NCBI GenBank assembly: GCA_964456945.1
Contig: CAYWDA010000015.1
Coordinates: 13,532-37,531, forward strand
DNA length: 24,000 nucleotides
From: an uncultured Syntrophomonadaceae bacterium
GTDB lineage: Bacteria; Bacillota; Dethiobacteria; DTU022
Direction: 5' to 3'
Part shown: positions 1-7,358 of the stretch, one piece after another
Layout: each line of letters starts with the position of its first letter
Numbering within the stretch: the first letter of the stretch is position 1
Position numbers and translations under genes: made by a program
The notes under the pieces: model-generated
Database searches by the model: none
What the model was told of the DNA's origin: nothing
What the model saw: only the letters and a program-made list of their open reading frames with translations

Positions 1-234
1 GTTTCTGCCGCGCCGGACGATCTGCTGGGCAGCGAAAAGTTTAGGATGATGATAGAAGAAGAGATTAAGGCACACCTGAAAAAGTCTTTCGGGGGTTATG
101 AAATTCCGGCAAAGTATCTTTTCATCAGGGAAGATTTTACCGTTGAAAACAAGATGCTGACCCAGACAATGAAATTAAAAAGGCGGGCCGTGCTCGAAAC
201 CTACGCTGATCATATTGAGCAGCTTTACAGTTAA
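1..234 (+). CDS. long-chain acyl-CoA synthetase (AMP-forming), C-terminal fragment; the 5' end lies upstream of the window
   Basis: Frame 1 is open from nt 1 (VSAAPDDLLGSEKFRMMIEEEIKAHL...FTVENKMLTQTMKLKRRAVLETYADHIEQLYS*). It aligns position by position with the C-terminus of the complete ligase at 437..2227. The ORF track shows only the Met-initiated part, 46..234. Confidence 0.85.
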   Translation, partial: VSAAPDDLLGSEKFRMMIEEEIKAHLKKSFGGYEIPAKYLFIREDFTVENKMLTQTMKLKRRAVLETYADHIEQLYS

Positions 235-268
235 CAGCAGGTAAGCCGAATACGTAAGCATTAATAAG

Positions 269-309
269 GGGAAGCGTTTGCCACCCGGGCGTCGCTTCCC
301 TTTTTTTTT
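269..309 (+). terminator. Rho-independent terminator after the upstream acyl-CoA synthetase
   Basis: An 8-bp GC-rich stem, gggaagcg (269-276) with cgcttccc (293-300), is followed directly by a run of 9 T (301-309). Confidence 0.8.
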
Positions 310-436
310 AGCTCTCTTATAAAGCAGGATTTATGACATATATCGCGAATTATTTAAAATTAGTAGAAGATCGTAAAAATCTTTTCTATTGTTTATGATT
401 TTCAGCAAAATATACCATGAACAGGAGCAATCGATA

Positions 437-2227
437 ATGTGGACTTACGAAAAGCCAGATAACCTGGTGGAGTGGTGGATTGAAAGCGAAAAGAAATTCA
501 GCGATAACGTTTTATTCTGGGTGCATGACGGACAGGGTGGTTTAAGCTCAGTCAAATACGGTGAGATTGGCAAGCGTATTGCCAATGCCAGGGGCGGGCT
601 GGCGAAGCTTGGTATTGGCAAAGACGATGCCGTGGGCATTATCTCGCCAAACAGGCCGGAATGGGCTGTATTGGCCTATGCAACTTATGGCCGCAATGCC
701 CGTTATATTCCCATGTATGAAAAAGAGTTGTGGCAGACCTGGAAATACATTATCAAGGACAGTGCCATCAAATTTTTAATGGTTTCCACGCCTGAAATCT
801 ATGAACAGGTTAAAGATTTTCCAAAGGAAATTCCAACATTAGAAAACATCTATATCATTGACGCCGGTGGCGAAAACAGCCTGGCCGCGCTGGAAAGATC
901 GGGCGCAGATAGTCCGGTAGAGCCAGCGATTCCGCACTTTGATGATGTTGCCGTTCTTATCTACACTTCGGGCACAACAGCCGAGCCGAAGGGTGTTCTA
1001 CTGACCCACGGCAACCTTACCTACTGCTCTCGCGGTGGCTACCGCCTCTACCCGGAACTGGTTGCAAGCCAGGTGGGTATTTCCATGCTGCCCTGGGCTC
1101 ACTCTTACGCCTTAAGCGGAGAGCTGAATAACTGGATTCTTTTCGGGGGCTCGCTTGGCTTTATGCGCGACGTTACTACCCTGGCCGAGGATCTGAAGAT
1201 TATCAGGCCAACTTACCTGATTTCAGTGCCGCGCGTTTTCAATAAGATCTACGATGGCATTCAATTGAAAATGAGCGACGCCGGGGGGCTGAAGAAAAAG
1301 CTCTTTGACGCTGCCTGTGCCAACGCAAAGCAGAAGCGTGAATTGGCTGATGCTGGCAAATCAAGCGCCGCTGTAGACTTCAAACACAAACTGCTCGACA
1401 AAATTGTTTTTTCAAAAGTCAGAGAGGCCATGGGCGGCCGGGTAACCGGGGCCTTAACAGCCAGCGCGGCAATGAATAAGGAAATTGCCGAGTTTTTCTA
1501 TGATATCGGCATTCCCACCTACGACTGCTACGGTTTGACCGAAACTTCACCTGCTGTAACCATGAACAGCCCTACGGAATGGCGTATTGGCAGTGTTGGT
1601 AAGGTTCTTGAAGGGCAGAAGGTAGTTATCGATCAAAGTGTGGCTGAAGAAGGCGCCGCTGACGGTGAAATTATTGTTTACGGTCCGAACATTATGAAAG
1701 GTTACCACAACAAGCCGCAGGAAACTGCCGAAGTGCTGATGCCAGATGGTGGTTTTCGCACCGGAGACCGCGGCCGCTTTGATAAAGACGGTTTTCTGTG
1801 GATTACCGGACGCATTAAGGAGCAGTATAAGCTTTCTAATGGTAAATATGTTTTCCCCGCGGTGATTGAAGAAGAAATTAAGCTCATGCCGAAGGTAGCT
1901 AATGCCATGATTTACGGAGATGGTAAGCCCTACAATGTTTGTCTAGTGCTGCCCGACTTCGAGGTGTCGGCTCGCTGGGCTGCCCAGCAGGGTGTTTCTG
2001 CATCTCCCGATGACTTGCTGGCTAATGAAACCTTCAAGAAAATGATGATCGATGAGATTCGCGAACACCTTAAAGATGATTTCGGTCGCTACGAAATACC
2101 TGAAAAATTCTACTTCCTCAGGGAAGATTTTACCGTTGAAAACAGAATGCTGACGCAGACTATGAAACTAAAGCGGCGCGTAGTGCTCGATAACTACGCA
2201 CACGATATTGAAAAGCTCTATAGCTAA
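437..2227 (+). CDS. long-chain-fatty-acid--CoA ligase (AMP-dependent synthetase/ligase superfamily, FAA1/ACSL-like)
   Basis: Carries the AMP-binding signature LIYTSGTTAEPKGVLLTHGNL, plus YGLTE, the TGD...GRIKEQYKLSNGKYV motifs and the C-terminal TQTMKLKRR. The ORF is open from TTG 389, but ATG 437 has AGGAG at 423-427 with 9-nt spacing, so 437 is preferred. Confidence 0.9.
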   Translation: MWTYEKPDNLVEWWIESEKKFSDNVLFWVHDGQGGLSSVKYGEIGKRIANARGGLAKLGIGKDDAVGIISPNRPEWAVLAYATYGRNARYIPMYEKELWQTWKYIIKDSAIKFLMVSTPEIYEQVKDFPKEIPTLENIYIIDAGGENSLAALERSGADSPVEPAIPHFDDVAVLIYTSGTTAEPKGVLLTHGNLTYCSRGGYRLYPELVASQVGISMLPWAHSYALSGELNNWILFGGSLGFMRDVTTLAEDLKIIRPTYLISVPRVFNKIYDGIQLKMSDAGGLKKKLFDAACANAKQKRELADAGKSSAAVDFKHKLLDKIVFSKVREAMGGRVTGALTASAAMNKEIAEFFYDIGIPTYDCYGLTETSPAVTMNSPTEWRIGSVGKVLEGQKVVIDQSVAEEGAADGEIIVYGPNIMKGYHNKPQETAEVLMPDGGFRTGDRGRFDKDGFLWITGRIKEQYKLSNGKYVFPAVIEEEIKLMPKVANAMIYGDGKPYNVCLVLPDFEVSARWAAQQGVSASPDDLLANETFKKMMIDEIREHLKDDFGRYEIPEKFYFLREDFTVENRMLTQTMKLKRRVVLDNYAHDIEKLYS

Positions 2228-2247
2228 ATTGTAAGTTGAACTGCTAG

Positions 2248-2280
2248 GCCGGGGGGGTAATAATTCTTCCCGGCTTTTCT
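2248..2280 (+). terminator. Rho-independent terminator after the second acyl-CoA synthetase
   Basis: Stem gccggg(gggg) at 2248-2257 pairs with (ttct)cccggc at 2265-2274 (6 Watson-Crick pairs extended by G-U/G-C pairs). The loop is taataat and ttttct follows. The T-tract overlaps the stop codon of the convergent gene. Confidence 0.6.
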
Positions 2281-3991
2281 ATTGCTGCAGGAAGCGAACG
2301 CTATGGGCAACGTAGTCAAGGTAGGTTTCAATTTCAGCTGTTCTGCGCTCTTCCGCCCAGCCGTAGTAAGAAGCCATGATTGATGCCGCGGCCTCGGCAA
2401 GTTCCGCTTGTTTGTAGTGGGCTATCATCCACTGGGCTTCGGTTCTGCGGCAGAGCAGATCGATAAGTTTTGTTGTGTTTTCGTACTCCAGAATATAAAC
2501 CAGTTCAGCAGCGCAGTGCGGGTAGCCTTCTAAAAGGGGTTTGCCCGATTCAGGGATGCGCTTGAGCACTTCCAGAATTTCCAGCCCTCCCCGGCCGTAC
2601 TGGGTATAGAAGTGAGTAATTTGATCGGGGTGAGCTACTGTCTGCAGTTCCTTTTCAGCGGCAAGTTGATCAAATTCCTGCCTGCTTAAGCTTACTTTGT
2701 AGGGCTGTTTGGAAAAACCGCGCCTATAGTACTCTTTTGCTCCGGTTTTTTCGATATAGCTATGCTTAAAGAGGTAGAAAAGCAGGTCCTCTGCCATACG
2801 CCTGAAAATGGTTGATTTGCCTCCGGCAATTGCTACAACCCCGTTATCTGTTGTAAAAATCTCGTGTCTGCGGGAGAGATCAGATTCATGTTTGGCCCCC
2901 TCCTGCCTGATCAGCGGCCTGATTCCGGCATAGGCGCTGATAATGTCTGAATCGGTCAGCATGGCATGGGGGAACATCCTGTTCACCGTTCTTAACAGGT
3001 AGTCGCAGTCTTCACGGCTGCACCAGGGCTGGTCAAGGTTTTTAGATTCAGGGTAATAGGCGGTATCTGTTGTGCCGATAATCGAAACCGGGCCCCGGCG
3101 CAGGATGAAAAAAAATCTCTTATCGTCCAGGGAAATCAGGCTTATTGCATGGCGGTTTCCAAGCCGCGCGGCTGGCACAACAATATGGGCCCCTTTGGTC
3201 GGGTAGATTCGCGCATCAGTGTAACCGGCAGCTGTTAGTACTTCGTCGGTCCAGATGCCGGCTGCCGAAACAACACATTTACCCCTCACCTCAAAAGCGC
3301 TGCCAGAAAATGGGTCTGTCGCTTGCACGCCGCAGACCCTGCCGGCAGGATTGTGAAGATAACCGGTAACAGGGGTATAGTTGAGGGCAGATGAGGCTCC
3401 ATCCGCCAGGTCAAGGCTTTCTTTAATCGTTTCAAGGGTTACCCGCGCATCGTCGCAGTTGGTATCGTAGTAAAATCCGGCCATAGTCAGGCTGCCCAAT
3501 TCACTTACATTAGCGGCAAGGGCAGGCTCAAATTCTTCTAAAAAAGCAGCGTTGAAGATTTTTGCTTTGCGATAATTTTTATGTTCGCTGAAACAGTTCG
3601 AGAGAAGGTCATACAGTTTAACGGCAAGCCAGATGGTAAGGGGTGTGGCTTTGCTTTTTTGGTAGGAAGGATAAACAAAGCCGAGCGGCCTGACCAGGTT
3701 TGGAAAATGTTGGCGCAACCAGTTGCGTTCGCTGGTTGATTCTCTGACCAGGGCGAATTCAAAGGATGCAAGGTAGCGGAGGCCGCCGTGGAAAAGTTTT
3801 GATGATCGCGAAGAGGTGCCAAATGCAAAATCATTTTTATCAAGCAGGCAGAAGCTGATTCCCCGCAGGGCACATTCGCGGGCGATTCCGGCGCCGGTAA
3901 TACCCCCACCGATAATTATAAGGTCGAATTCTTTTGCTGCGACGCTCTGAATAGTGCTTTCACGGTTTTTTGCACTCCACGGTCTTGGCAT
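2279..3991 (-). CDS. glpD: FAD-dependent glycerol-3-phosphate dehydrogenase (GlpD/GlpA family)
   Basis: N-terminal dinucleotide-binding fold DLIIIGGGITGAGIARECALRG followed by GTSSRSSKLFHGGLRYL, which is typical of GlpD/GlpA. At 570 aa it includes the C-terminal helical domain. SD aaggggga lies upstream of ATG 3991. Confidence 0.85.
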   Translation of the reverse strand: MPRPWSAKNRESTIQSVAAKEFDLIIIGGGITGAGIARECALRGISFCLLDKNDFAFGTSSRSSKLFHGGLRYLASFEFALVRESTSERNWLRQHFPNLVRPLGFVYPSYQKSKATPLTIWLAVKLYDLLSNCFSEHKNYRKAKIFNAAFLEEFEPALAANVSELGSLTMAGFYYDTNCDDARVTLETIKESLDLADGASSALNYTPVTGYLHNPAGRVCGVQATDPFSGSAFEVRGKCVVSAAGIWTDEVLTAAGYTDARIYPTKGAHIVVPAARLGNRHAISLISLDDKRFFFILRRGPVSIIGTTDTAYYPESKNLDQPWCSREDCDYLLRTVNRMFPHAMLTDSDIISAYAGIRPLIRQEGAKHESDLSRRHEIFTTDNGVVAIAGGKSTIFRRMAEDLLFYLFKHSYIEKTGAKEYYRRGFSKQPYKVSLSRQEFDQLAAEKELQTVAHPDQITHFYTQYGRGGLEILEVLKRIPESGKPLLEGYPHCAAELVYILEYENTTKLIDLLCRRTEAQWMIAHYKQAELAEAAASIMASYYGWAEERRTAEIETYLDYVAHSVRFLQQ

Positions 3992-4099
3992 GCTTTTTCC
4001 CCCTTAAAACGCTTTTAAGCAACGGTAAGCAGCGCGCCACATTTTGACTATAACACCTTTATGGGGAAATTGCTACAATATTACGTCATCTGTCAGTTT

Positions 4100-5425
4100 T
4101 TACTTCATCAGCTTACCGGCTTCCATAGCCAGGTTAGAGCGCTTGGTTTCTGTGAGGGTGATATGAGCATGCAGCGGACTGCCTTTCATTTTTTCCACGG
4201 CCCAGGACAAGCCGTTGGTTCGGGAATCAAGAAAGGGGTTGTTAATCTGTTCCGGGTCGCCTACAAGCACTATCTTGGTGCCTTCACCAGCCCGGGTAAT
4301 AATGCCCTTAGCCTGTTTCGGGGTGAGGTTCTGGGCTTCGTCGATCAGAATATACTGACCTACGATAGAGCGCCCCTGCAGGTAGGCTATGGCCTCGGTT
4401 ACAATTTTACGGGTTGTAAAGAGGTAAGAAACTTTTCCATCCAGCTCTTTTTCGTTTGCGTAGCGATCAGGGTGAGAGTCCACTAACTGTTCAAGATTGT
4501 CATAGATGGGGCGCATGTAAGGGGCAATTTTATCATTTTCATCTCCCGGCAGAAAACCGATCTCTTCACCCATGCTAACATTCGGCCGGCAAATCAGCAT
4601 GCGGCGGTATACGCTTTCATCAAGAATTTTTTCGAGGCCGACCCCCAGTGACAGAAGGGTTTTTCCGCTGCCGGTTGCGCCCATCAGGGTGACCATCGGT
4701 ATGCTGTCATCGCGCAGCGCTTCCCGCGCATATTTCTGGAGCAGATTCAGCTTGAAGCCAAAAAAGTCAGGCTGAGCATCATTTAACAAGATCATGCGGC
4801 CATCCCGGAAGCGGGCTAAAGCAGTTTTTTGCCTGTTACTCTCAGATTTCAGCAAAAAAAACTTATTTACAGGGCTGGGGGTGTTTTCCCAGGGAATAGA
4901 GTTTTCGCGGTAAAGCTGATTCAAAGTATCTTCAGGCACCTGCTGCTCTCCCCAGCCTTTATACTGTTCATCAACATCAAATTCTACCTGTTCGTTGCGA
5001 TAGTCTTGTGCCGGAATGCCCAGCGCGTCAGACTTGATGCGCAGGAAGATGTCTTTTGTTACGATAATCACCGGTTGATTGTTTTTTTGCAGGTTTTTGG
5101 CCACAGCCAGCAGCCGGTTATCACCTTTATCACCCGGCCAGGAACAGGGCAGGGCTATCTGATCGGTGCAGTTCATTTCAACACGCAGTTCTCCCCCGTT
5201 AGGCAGGGGAACTCCCTGGTAGAGTTCGCCCTGGGAGCGCAGTTGATCTAAGAACCGGGCTACCCAACGGGTATTGGCCCGGATTTCGTAATCAGACGCT
5301 TTCTTCATATTATCAAGCTCTTCCAAAACACACCCGGGAAGAATGACCAGGTTATCTTTAAAACCGAGTACGGCGTTTGGTGATTGCAGAATTACACTGG
5401 TATCTAGGATGTAGATTTTTCTCAA
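4100..5425 (-). CDS. PhoH2-type protein: N-terminal PIN domain fused to a PhoH-like ATPase (YlaK-like)
   Basis: The N-terminus IYILDTSVIL...GDNRLL is PIN-like. The C-terminal half has Walker A GATGSGKT, Walker B ILIDEAQN and the PhoH signature VLVGDPEQIN. The start is TTG. Confidence 0.85.
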   Translation of the reverse strand: MRKIYILDTSVILQSPNAVLGFKDNLVILPGCVLEELDNMKKASDYEIRANTRWVARFLDQLRSQGELYQGVPLPNGGELRVEMNCTDQIALPCSWPGDKGDNRLLAVAKNLQKNNQPVIIVTKDIFLRIKSDALGIPAQDYRNEQVEFDVDEQYKGWGEQQVPEDTLNQLYRENSIPWENTPSPVNKFFLLKSESNRQKTALARFRDGRMILLNDAQPDFFGFKLNLLQKYAREALRDDSIPMVTLMGATGSGKTLLSLGVGLEKILDESVYRRMLICRPNVSMGEEIGFLPGDENDKIAPYMRPIYDNLEQLVDSHPDRYANEKELDGKVSYLFTTRKIVTEAIAYLQGRSIVGQYILIDEAQNLTPKQAKGIITRAGEGTKIVLVGDPEQINNPFLDSRTNGLSWAVEKMKGSPLHAHITLTETKRSNLAMEAGKLMK

Positions 5426-5511
5426 ATACTATCACGCCCCAATCTTAATTTGCGCATACGGCCGCTATCTTCTAGTTTTGACAAAAAGATTAAATTTCCT
5501 GCCTCACCCGG

Positions 5512-6900
5512 CTAGCTCAGTGCGGATGCAATTTCGATGTAGCGGGCAACATCAAACTTTGATTTTGCCCCATTGTAACTCATATAACGTATTTTCCCAA
5601 AAATCGGTCTCTGGAACCAGGCCCGGTCGTGTACCCCGCCTATGCTCCAGGCGATACCGGCGTAACCGTTAGGGTCGCGACCGTCAAGCGAGTATTTATC
5701 ATTCAGGTATATTGCCAGGGCTAGTGCCTCTTCTGCAGATTCCGTCCACTCTAAGATCTTTTTGGCCCAGTACATGCGCATGTAACCGTGCATTTTTCCA
5801 CGCCTCATCATTTCGGTCTGAGCGGCATTCCAGAGCGGATCGTGCGTTTGTGCGCTTTCAAATTCATCTGCTCTATACAAGTGCTCACGTGGGTCACTGG
5901 CATGGTCAGCCAGGGTTTCTTTCGCCCAGCGCGAAAAACTTTCGACTGAGTCATAGCTCTCGCAGTAGTAGCAGAAATTGTCGGATAGCTCTCTGCGGAT
6001 GATTAGCTCTTCCAGAAAGCCGGATGCTTCTACCCCCGGCGCTTCAGACTGTTTAGCAGAATAGGCTAAACGCTGGGCGCTTAGTTGACCAAAATGCAGG
6101 TAAGGTGACAGGTTTGAAACCCCGTCTTTGGTCGGGTCATTACGATCTGCATTGTAGCGGTGTAACTTTTCTTCTATAAATAACTGCATGGCCTGCCCAG
6201 CTGCCTTCTCACCCGCTTTAAAATAAGCTACCGCTGAAACCGATTTGTCTATTTTCAGGTTCTTTTCCGCTTTTAGCCAGTCTGTAAGCGGCGCACCCTC
6301 TGGCATTGCATGCGGGTGCTTCACCGCTTGTGGTATCTCTGTAAAGTAATCCGGCAGCAGCCTTTTGATCTTCGGCCGGATAGTGTAAGCGGCGTATTCC
6401 TGCTTGGGCGAAGCGACCCAGCAGGGGATAATGTTGTGCGCATCAACTTCAATAAATGCAATATTTATCGTATTTGCAACCTGCGTTTTCCAGTTCTTGT
6501 TAATGCGCAGGGGAGAAAAATCACTGATCAGCGCCCCGGCGTTGTAAGAACTACAAAAAAGGGGAATTTCTTCTTCCGGTTTTCCGGTCACAAGGTAAAA
6601 ACCGACCCCCAGTTTGCTCAGGGTAGTCTCCAATTCTGCCAGCCCCTGCAGCATAAAGCGGTAGTGGCGCAGGGTGGCGCCAATAAATTCAGGCGCCAGG
6701 CAAAAAAGCACAATCAGGGGCACCTTAAATTCCAGGGCCAGATTTTGCGCGTAAAGCAGGGCCCAGTTGTCATTTGCCCGCTGATCGCGGCTCATCCAGT
6801 AGACAATTGGTCCGCTGCCAATAGGTATGTTGTTCAAATATTGTATTCTATGCTCATCAACTGCGTGCTGCATAGTAGGTAAACCTTCTTCCCATAGCAT
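5512..6900 (-). CDS. phr: deoxyribodipyrimidine (CPD) photolyase, class II
   Basis: The C-terminal block DPNGYAGIAWSIGGVHDRAW...FGKIRYMSYNGAKSKFD and the N-terminal VYWMSRDQRANDNWAL are characteristic of class II photolyases. The start is ambiguous: ATG 6900 has no clear SD, and ATG 6873 is the alternative. Confidence 0.85.
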   Translation of the reverse strand: MLWEEGLPTMQHAVDEHRIQYLNNIPIGSGPIVYWMSRDQRANDNWALLYAQNLALEFKVPLIVLFCLAPEFIGATLRHYRFMLQGLAELETTLSKLGVGFYLVTGKPEEEIPLFCSSYNAGALISDFSPLRINKNWKTQVANTINIAFIEVDAHNIIPCWVASPKQEYAAYTIRPKIKRLLPDYFTEIPQAVKHPHAMPEGAPLTDWLKAEKNLKIDKSVSAVAYFKAGEKAAGQAMQLFIEEKLHRYNADRNDPTKDGVSNLSPYLHFGQLSAQRLAYSAKQSEAPGVEASGFLEELIIRRELSDNFCYYCESYDSVESFSRWAKETLADHASDPREHLYRADEFESAQTHDPLWNAAQTEMMRRGKMHGYMRMYWAKKILEWTESAEEALALAIYLNDKYSLDGRDPNGYAGIAWSIGGVHDRAWFQRPIFGKIRYMSYNGAKSKFDVARYIEIASALS

Positions 6901-6926
6901 TTGTGCTGCACATTTGTTATACTTTC

Positions 6927-6935
6927 ATTATAGCA
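6927..6935 (-). promoter_or_regulatory. candidate extended -10 promoter element for the photolyase gene
   Basis: The minus strand reads TGCTATAAT (TGnTATAAT) about 27 nt upstream of ATG 6900. No good -35 was found. Confidence 0.35.
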
Positions 6936-6969
6936 GGTGGGGCAGTAAATAGTTTATTTTGAATAATGC

Positions 6970-6998
6970 TTGACAAATCCCATTCCACCCCCTATACT
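6970..6998 (+). promoter_or_regulatory. sigma-A type promoter driving the riboswitch leader
   Basis: TTGACA (6970-6975), a 17-nt spacer, then TATACT (6993-6998). This predicts a transcription start near 7005, just 5' of the first aptamer. Confidence 0.6.
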
Positions 6999-7020
6999 TA
7001 GAGTCAGGTAAGTTCTAGAT

Positions 7021-7119
7021 AGTCTGCACGAAATGGCAAACCCGTCGAAAGGCGGGGACGCAAAGCTAAAGGGTCTAAGGCTCCACAAGAGCTATGATTG
7101 CCTGGCCACCGAAACTGGC
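7021..7119 (+). promoter_or_regulatory. c-di-GMP-I (GEMM-I) riboswitch aptamer, copy 1
   Basis: GGCAAAC at 7035-7041. P2 hairpin cccgtc-GAAA-ggcggg at 7041-7056 with a GNRA tetraloop. Conserved GACGCAAAGC at 7057-7066, then aaagggtctaagg...gcctggccACCGAAA. This matches the remembered GEMM-I consensus (GGCAAACC..GAAA..GGGACGCAAAGC..GGGUCUAAGG..CAGCCGGG..ACCGAA). Boundaries are approximate. Confidence 0.78.
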
Positions 7120-7215
7120 TTTTTTGTTTTAAAGAGAATAGAGCGGCAAAAGTGGAGGAAATACAAAGCACGATGTCCGGTTGACCTGAAGAATCAGCCG
7201 GGCCAAATAAAAAAA

Positions 7216-7312
7216 CCTGACCGACAAAGGCAAACTACCCGAAAGGGTAGGACGCAAAGCTAAAGGGTCTAAGGCTCCACAAGAGCTAAGACAGCCTGGC
7301 CGCCGAAACAGG
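7216..7312 (+). promoter_or_regulatory. c-di-GMP-I (GEMM-I) riboswitch aptamer, copy 2
   Basis: GGCAAAC at 7229-7235. P2 hairpin ctaccc-GAAA-gggtag at 7235-7250 (perfect 6 bp). GACGCAAAGC at 7251-7260, then taaagggtctaagg...gacagcctggccGCCGAAA. A possible outer stem is cctg (7216-7219) with cagg (7309-7312). Boundaries are approximate. Confidence 0.78.
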
Positions 7313-7322
7313 AAGCTGTTTC
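7305..7322 (+). promoter_or_regulatory. expression-platform hairpin competing with the 3' end of aptamer 2
   Basis: gaaacag (7305-7311), loop gaag, ctgtttc (7316-7322), a perfect 7-bp stem. Its 5' arm is the conserved CCGAAAC tail of aptamer 2, so the two folds are mutually exclusive. Confidence 0.5.
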
Positions 7323-7332
7323 AGCAAAGTCG

Positions 7333-7357
7333 GTCCCTCATGAAGGAGGGACTTTTT
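7333..7357 (+). terminator. intrinsic terminator and SD-sequestering hairpin of the riboswitch expression platform
   Basis: gtccctc (7333-7339), loop atgaag, gagggac (7346-7352), then TTTTT (7353-7357). The 3' arm contains the GGAGG SD (7345-7349), and the U-tract ends 1 nt before ATG 7359. Confidence 0.6.
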
Positions 7358-7358
7358 G

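Noticed and set aside
389-436. TTG 389 as the start of the acyl-CoA synthetase
   Set aside because: ATG 437 has a properly spaced AGGAG. The 16 extra residues (MFMIFSKIYHEQEQSI) are not family-like.
4000-4070. Promoter for glpD (minus strand TTGTAG ... TGTTATAGT)
   Set aside because: The extended -10 looks reasonable, but the spacing to the only -35-like hexamer is 20 nt. glpD may instead be co-transcribed with PhoH2, so it was not listed as a feature.
4061-5251. Plus-strand ORFs 4061..4486, 4572..4775 and 4829..5251
   Set aside because: They are antisense shadows of the PhoH2 gene, whose Walker A/B and PhoH motifs fix the coding strand.
6310-6882. 190-aa plus-strand ORF
   Set aside because: It is antisense to the strongly recognisable class II photolyase gene, and its Arg/Gln/Val-rich translation has no motifs.
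7105-7130. Intrinsic terminator directly after aptamer 1
   Set aside because: A T-rich tract (cttttttgtttt) is present, but the only stem I can pair immediately upstream is 4 bp (gcca/tggc). That is too weak to call a terminator, so it is mentioned only as an open question.
7033-7263. 76-aa plus-strand ORF (MANPSKGGDAKLKGL...)
   Set aside because: It spans exactly the two riboswitch aptamers and the spacer between them. It has no SD, its composition is odd and basic, and its apparent internal repeat is simply the translated 38-nt aptamer repeat.
7057-7288. Direct repeats that could suggest a CRISPR or other repeat array
   Set aside because: There are only two copies, 194 nt apart, and each is embedded in a GEMM-I aptamer. 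No further repeat units and no cas genes are present.
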